A stretch of DNA of 60,028 bases, the filler included, from Sphacelaria rigidula (lineage: Eukaryota), in the NCBI GenBank assembly GCA_964200075.2. It is 10 parts of 10 records of this genome, joined end to end, with 100 filler letters (N's around TTAATTAATTAA, not from the genome) between each part and the next. Parts side by side here need not be neighbours in the genome. Positions count along the whole stretch, not along the records: positions 48,105 to 54,016 come from CAXNAA020023546.1; positions 54,117 to 60,028 come from CAXNAA020023547.1; 8 more parts are not named here. The stretch is one strand, 5' to 3'. Within the stretch, counting starts at the first letter, position 1; every line of letters starts with the position of its first letter. The notes under the pieces were generated by a model that ran no database searches, was not told the origin of the DNA, and worked only from the letters and a program-made list of their open reading frames with translations. Below are positions 51,301 through 60,028 of the stretch, in pieces. The position numbers were made by a program, and so were the translations under genes.

Positions 51301-53333
51301 GCAAACGGACGGCCAATCTGAACAGCAGCACCGGCAGCTCTCGACGGCAGGGCAATCGGCGGAGTCAATCACCAGGGAACAAACGAACGCACACTAGCAG
51401 CACCTGCAGAGATAGTCGTGATGTAACCAGCGGTAGCGCCGCTAGCGAACATGTTGACAGCAACATCCGTGCTCCAAAGCGCACTCGTCGCTCTACCGAC
51501 TTTTTCCACCCTGGAGACGGCCGAGGAGGCTCCAGCTCTAGCTTGCGGGCGAAGGCAAAGGCTAGACGGGGTCCACGTGATCTCGGGGAGAATGGCTCCG
51601 AGAGCGATGACTGCGACGACGGAGAGGAAGAGGAAAGTATGGATGATGACGATGGGATGGATCTGAGTGAAGATGAAGGCTCGGAAGGATCTGATTGGGG
51701 CTCGCAGGAGGAGACTGAAGATGGATCGGAAGGTAGGAACGCGGTCGGTACGGGTGCTGTACGGGAACCTCAGCACTAGGCGTGCGTGTGTGTGGTACGC
51801 CGGAGGCATCCTTCATGCACACGATGCGTGCTGTTTGGAAGAGATCGGTGTTCGAGTGTCAATCACCGGTCGCGCGCCTAGGAGCACGTATCCTATACTG
51901 AACAACAGGGAAACGTCGAAAGCTAAGGCTGACCCACCATGTAGATGTTTGTACAACCCCGAGCGCCTGTAATCGTGTACAATATCCCGTCCTTCGTGCG
52001 CTCCCTTCAACACTAAACCCCTTCGTATTTTGGACGTGTTTTGGGGAAGTGAAGATTCCAGTTTTGCATATTTCGTCAGTCTGTTTGGGCTCCCTCTCTC
52101 TCTCTCCTCGCCGCATCTCCTCCTCTCCTCCTCCCTAGTTTGGTATTCACAACGAAATGCCTCCCGCCGAAAGCTAATTTTGAATACGTCTCTCCCTTCA
52201 GGACTGTCCTCTGAGGACAATGAAGACTCAGACTCAGACGAAGAAGCGGAACTCCAATTCGACGCCAACACCCGGAACAAGGACAAGTCGTTGTCCGCCT
52301 TTTCCAACTCATGCGACCAGCAGCGGGGAGGGACGATCTCTTCCGCTGGTGGCGGTCGCTCGACCGGGAGAGACAAGTATGACAGGGACGATGGTAGTTG
52401 CAGGTTAGCCCAGGTTAGCCTCTGCCAGTTTTGGAGGTACCGCCTGCTTTTGGAGATCGTAGCCCTGGCGAGACGCTGTGATGATGATGATGGCTGTGAC
52501 GAGCGGAACGAGGGGAGGAAGTCTGTGAGGGAAGCAGAGTCGGCGGCGTGGGGTGTCGGCGCTAGACCTGGCCCGCGGTTGCTGGAGGTATGACAAGGCG
52601 TGATGCGGCGTGTTCAGCTGCGGTGTGTGTTTGTGTGTATATAGAAGTATTGGTGTGTCACCGGAGATTGGTCTATGCGTGTGTGTTGTTCCCCTCATAT
52701 GAAATGTCGAGGATACTGTTCCTGCAGCGGGAGGAAAGGGTTTTCTTCCGCCGTCGCAGGAGTTGTCAGAATCGGGCTCATGTATTACTCAGGAGGCGGT
52801 TGGTTGAAAGGAGTACACGCACCTACAAGCTGTCGCTTCATTTTTTTTGTCTCTTTTTGACAGAATGATGGAAAACACATGGAAATAACAACCGTAGGCC
52901 GCTGTGTTGCTCTCTACAGTTACGACTTTTTGCTAGCAATTGTGTCCTGGTGAAGAGAGGGCACTCTCGACAGTGTACAAGGCGAAAGAAAGGGCACCGC
53001 AACTCGCCGCCCTCGCCCAGCCAACACCCTTCATGTCCCAGTACTCAGAACGATTGTACGAAGCGCTCAACGTGAGGGTAACTCTGACCTCCCCCCGTCC
53101 TACCATCCTTTTCCACGCCATGGCTGAATGCGACGACCCTTTGTTTTGGCACTGCTGCTGCTGCTGCTGCTAGGTGCTCAGTCAATGGTCGGCAGGTATT
53201 TCTGTCGCCTGTACGGGAGTAGATGCTCACAAAGCGGCCGAAAATGATGCTGGTGATACATGGTCATTGCTGGACAGGGTGACCAAGGACCTGAAGGAGC
53301 AGCTGCAAAGGGCGGAAGATGGACTTTTGGCCG
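48314..53333 (+). CDS. Uncharacterised protein, partial seven-exon gene (48314-48688, 49142-49570, 50168-50573, 51080-51732, 52202-52587, 52937-53071, 53174-53333)
   Basis: All six introns are GT-AG and phase-compatible (1,1,2,1,0,0) with an open frame throughout. Helical segments alternate with basic and acidic low-complexity tracts. No domain was recognised. Confidence 0.75.
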
Positions 53334-53926
53334 GTGGGTACAAGGGCTCTAGGAGAGGAAAGTTGGCGCGGCACAAGGGATGCCGCCCCCCGGTGGTGTA
53401 GCTGGCAAGTACCGTAATAGACGATAAGGCGGAATGTTGCGGGTTCGGACCCAGGCAGATATCGGTATTCTTGAGCAGAATCTGATTTCCGTCCTCGAAA
53501 ATGTGGGGACGTGGGCAGTGAAAGAAAAATTCATGTCGGCGAGAGTCGACGCGGCGCGGGAGTGGTCATGATCCAATCAACGATATCAAGATATCAGGCA
53601 TGTGGGGGAGGAGGGTTATGACTATGGCGCAGGGGATGTATGGTGGAAAAGTGCGGCTGTGTTTTCAGCGATCGGATTTTTTGTGATGGGTTCAGTACCG
53701 ACCCCGACTTCCTTCGCCTGTTTCAAACAGGACGTACCCATGCAAGAGCGTTTGAGATTTTATCTGGCGGTCGCCACTGTGCCCCCGGCGACGTGTCCAC
53801 TTCCTCAGCGACAATACACGGTACAGCAACAACAGCAAGTGATCAGATATCAACACCTTCACCAGTCTACGGGGACATGGCGCCATCGAGATCGATCCAC
53901 CTACAGCTGCGTACACATGACATCTA

Positions 53927-53976
<50 letters not shown>

Positions 53977-54171
53977 CTCGTGGCTTGGGGGGGAGGCCGC
54001 CGCGGCGGTGGGGGGGNNNNNNNNNNNNNNNNNNNNNNNNNNNNNNNNNNNNNNNNNNNNTTAATTAATTAANNNNNNNNNNNNNNNNNNNNNNNNNNNN
54101 NNNNNNNNNNNNNNNNAAAAAATGATTTTGATATTTTTTTGCCCAAGACGTGAGACAAAAAAAAAAAAAAA

Positions 54172-54199
<28 letters not shown>

Positions 54200-54204
<5 letters not shown>

Positions 54205-54417
54205 CTTCGCACATACATCCTGTACATCATGTCGAAATTTAATCGAAAAAGATTCAATATTGAGCTCAGGAATCGCGTCATTCTCTCGAAAACCGGTTCC
54301 TATAGCATGTGGAGATGGACCTGGCACGAGTAATTCAAACCCAGTTATGCTGTTCATTTTCAATTTGTTTTCGATGAAATTTTGATTTCATGTACAAGAC
54401 GTATGTGCAAAGACCCC
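54200..54417. mobile_element. MITE core with TIR GGGGTCTTCGCACATAC...GTATGTGCAAAGACCCC
   Basis: The TIRs are visible, and a second copy in the opposite orientation lies at 59678-59906. Confidence 0.7.
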
Positions 54418-56404
54418 TTCTTACCTCCCGCCCCCCTCAATGTTTTTGTTTTTTTCGTGAGGCATTGGCAAACTTGTTCCGAAAAGATGTTCTGAAATAT
54501 TCCGTCGCCATATCGGTTGTTGATTGTGTCCTTGGTCAGTGGTTCAGCATTGCCCCCCGGTGCGTGTCTGTATTTGCTCTGCTGCCATGACTTCTTTGGG
54601 CTTCACCACTTCTTCAGTCTCTTTCTCTGTTCTCTTTTCCCCATCTATAGATGTTCTCTCCTGCCAGTGTACGGCGGAGCCGTGTTGCACCTCGCTTCTT
54701 TGTGTTTGGTCATGGATGAGAGGGTCCACACTTTGAAAAGAGCGGTCGTAGTTCATGAGCCGCAATCTTTTCTTTACCCACGGCCTTTTGTTTTCCATGA
54801 CTGGGCATGAGTGTGGTTCTCTACAAGACCATTCCTGCCGAGGCCATATGGCAGAGGCCGGCCATTTATTTTCTCTTCTCTCCTTTTCATTCGTCCTTTT
54901 TTCTCTTTTTTCCTTGTCTACTCTGTTGTTCTGGTCCACCCTTTCTGTTTCTTTTTTCAGCGAGTGTTTCACCATTGGTTTTGTCTCGAGTACATCTGCC
55001 ATGTGTCCACGGCTGGATACTTGGAGGTTCAGTTAAAGTGCGACAATCAATCAATTCATTTAATCAATCAATGCTCTGCCCGCAATATATCGAGTTTAGT
55101 GCGAAACAATATGTGCGCCATCTCTAGATAAATAACGAATTAGGTGAAGGTGAGGGTATCGATCGTTTCCCCCACGCTCTAGGGTATGCTCACAGCAAGA
55201 ATCGGCATTATACGCTGTATACATCGTTCGGGGTTCCATATATACTTTAGTATGGACTATATCTCCGTACGGTATAGGAATTACTCGACATGGTGTTCAG
55301 CCCTTAGATAGCGACCCCCCGTAGGTGGACTGAGATGGACTACGCCATATTTGGGGTTCAGAAGTGCTGTTTTCTCGTTACACAGAACGCTTTTTCATGA
55401 ACATGTGGATATTCGTCATCTAGAAAGGAAACAGTCTCGTTAAACCCTTGACCAGCTTCGATCCTGTAGTCAAATGCGTGCAGAGTCGGTATGTATCACT
55501 ATAGACAGTGTGAAGCTATGCTGGCAGCACATGAGGGGTCAGGCAGGCGGTGTACACCACGAGCAGAATACAAAACAACTTATTTGTACCCATGTAATCT
55601 ATAGTTGATTTCCCATGACCAAAGTGAGCAGTGGGGGTGAACAGCGAATTAGTTCAATGCGGTCCACCCGAACCGGAAGAACGTGCTCATTTTGACGACC
55701 GCGATTGGTCAGAATGGGCATCCCGCGCCTCTCGGGCCTCGTGCACGGCTCATAATTTTCTGCGGGAAGCTTCCATACACACATGATTGACGTAGTGAGT
55801 TTTTCGGCTCCTCTGCGGCCATACCCCCCCCCCCCCCTCAAGAACCACACACCCCGACCACTGGAAACCCCCGAATGTCTCCGGAATGTCAGCCTGTGAA
55901 ATTGTTCCGAGGCGACGCTTGCTGTCCAAGGGTTAATCAACGAGAAGAGACTGGCCCAGGCTTGAGCAGATGGACATCTTCCCGTTTGATTAGACGATAA
56001 ATAATATACGCGGATCAGGGCCCCATTCGTCTGAGTCGATGAGATACGACTGTGAGAGCTCATGAATCCGCTTTTAGGCTGGCCCAGCTCGGATGCAGGG
56101 AATCAAACCAGCATTCTTCCGACGTATTGGTTTCACTCGCACTACTACTACTAGAACACCGGGACGTGGCGGCTTTGTGGCTCACGAATGTCTTCCAAGC
56201 AAGACGGCACGCCGCAAGCTGACGCAACCGGCAGTTGAACACGACTTGCTGGAAACAACTAAACAGCAATAGTGTAAATATATGCTCACCGCCAGTAAAA
56301 CGTTCGATTTTTCATGGAAGAGCAACATGAGAGCATGCCGGCATATGAGCCACGGATAAAATGTAACAAATGCTCCGCCCCCCCCCGTCACTATAGGGAG
56401 TAGG

Positions 56405-56490
56405 AACAGTGCTTCGTCCCGAAAGGGATGCGTGGTCAATGGTGAGACGACAAAGGCAAGCAACAAATGAATTTCCGTCCCCCTCCCGTC
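56405..56490 (+). mobile_element. Family B LINE 3'-end copy
   Basis: CGAAAGGGATGCGTGGTCAATGGTGAGACGACAAAGGCAAGCAACAAATGA followed by a C-rich tract. Confidence 0.72.
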
Positions 56491-56731
56491 CTTGTAAAAA
56501 GGGGTTATGCGCGAGACCAGCGAAAATATTGAGGGTACAGTGACCGTTTCGTGGGGAAGGAGGTTGAAGAAGCCACAGTTTAGCTTGCGCGATGAGGCCC
56601 AGGTTTCTGGTGACACATACGTTACCTCCACGCACACATTTTCATCAACCCAGCAGCGACGAGCCAGCGAACTGCAGGCCGAGACAACCAACACAATGAA
56701 TACACCCCTTCAGTTTATCAAGGCTTCATCA

Positions 56732-58785
<2,054 letters not shown>

Positions 58786-59677
58786 CTGTCGGAATCGAAA
58801 TATTCCAGATTTTCAACAAATAAGACAAGAGAAAGTAAAAAAAAGTACTAGCAGTAGAACGTCACCAATACAAAATAGCGATGCCAACGAGACACGACCG
58901 AGCAGGGGTAAATATTCATTAACGTTGGAAGTACATTTGTGCCGGCGTCATGGAAACTTTTGCGTGCACCCGAAGAAAACACTTTTATATCTCCAATTGT
59001 CGCCATGGTGGGCGGGATTTGCGCTCTGGCGTGTCCTTTGCGTCCCTGTATGTGCTCGAGTGTGTCTTGCAGCCCAGAACTGCTGCTGCATGTGTACTCT
59101 GTTGTAGCTGTGTGCTGTATGTAGCATACGTAGCCGGTGATGCCTCATCAAGCCGGTAACGGTAAATAATGGTTTGAAACCATTATCCATTTTTTCATAT
59201 AACGATCACGAATAGTACCATTATGATAATAACGGCCAGTTATGACTGGTACTATTTCCGAGCTCTACTGTTCACATGTGCACACACATATCATGCCCTT
59301 CGTCTCAGGGCCGTTGCCACCGTCAAGCAGCAAGTGCGGTGCAGTACAACGGCGTTACATGTGGTGTGATACTTTATGAGGGCAAGCGCATCACTTACAA
59401 GGACAAAAATATTACGGCTCATGGTGATTGTATAACAACGATGCCGCACAAGCTGCGATTGTACAACAACACATGTCCCACTATGCGCGCGGTCTCTAGG
59501 AGGCACGCAGACGAGACCCCCAGCGCGCCAAGGCGTCTGGTGATAGTGTGCGAATACTCTTGTTTTCTCCGGTGTTTTTTTCTCCGTGAGTTATTGGCGA
59601 CGGAACATTTATGAACAGTTTTTTTTAACGAAATTGCCAATAACTCACGAAGAAATAAAACAATAGGGGGGTAAGAA

Positions 59678-59906
59678 GGGATCTTTGCACATACGTCCTG
59701 TACATCGTGTCAAGATTTTATCGAAAACAACTTGAAAATAAAGCGCATCATGGCGCTTGAATTATTCGTGGCAGGTCCATCTCCACATACAAAAGTATAG
59801 GTGGGAACCGGTTTTCGAGAGAGTGACATGGGAATCTCGAGCTCAATTTTGAGTCGTTTTCGATGACATCTTGGCATGATGTACAGGACGTATGTGCGAA
59901 GACCCC
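59678..59906. mobile_element. Second copy of the 54200 MITE, inverted orientation
   Basis: The internal CAGGTCCATCTCCACAT and GGAACCGGTTTTCGAGA are reverse complements of sequence at ~54285-54325, and the TIRs are the same. Confidence 0.7.
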
Positions 59907-60028
59907 TTCTTGTCTCCCCCTTCCCCCCCCCTCCTCTTTTTTTTTTTTTTTTGACTTATTGGCGACGAAACATTTCAGCACAGTTTTTTCGGACCAAAAT
60001 TGTGGATAACTCTCGAAGAAAGATAAAA

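Noticed and set aside
5914..54116. Regular ~6-kb periodicity with TTAATTAATTAA motifs, and apparent gene neighbourhoods across segments
   Set aside because: These are artificial linkers between size-sorted contigs, so adjacency across them has no biological meaning.
53928..54203. Poly-Pro and poly-Gly ORFs at contig ends
   Set aside because: They come from C/G homopolymers next to assembly breaks and are not credible coding sequence.

Overview
This window is not one locus. It holds ten unrelated eukaryotic contigs of 5,912-5,913 bp (1-5913, 6014-11926, 12027-17939, 18040-23952, 24053-29965, 30066-35978, 36079-41991, 42092-48004, 48105-54016, 54117-60028) joined by artificial 100-bp N44-TTAATTAATTAA-N44 linkers. 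The intron-rich GT-AG genes and gene families suggest a stramenopile, probably a brown alga (inference). Spliced genes with phase-consistent exons are a partial bZIP factor, a complete three-exon ankyrin-like repeat gene, a partial multi-pass membrane protein, a seven-exon unknown gene and a partial SNF1/AMPK kinase. Most of the rest is mobile DNA: three Ty3/gypsy relics, a degenerate LINE, tRNA-derived SINE-like elements and several MITE or foldback elements. I found no CRISPR array and no clearly new multi-gene system. The best lead is a pair of related non-LTR retroelement 3' ends, present in about a dozen copies, that share a stem-loop and end in C-rich rather than poly(A) tails. All calls were made by eye without database searches, and repeat boundaries are approximate.
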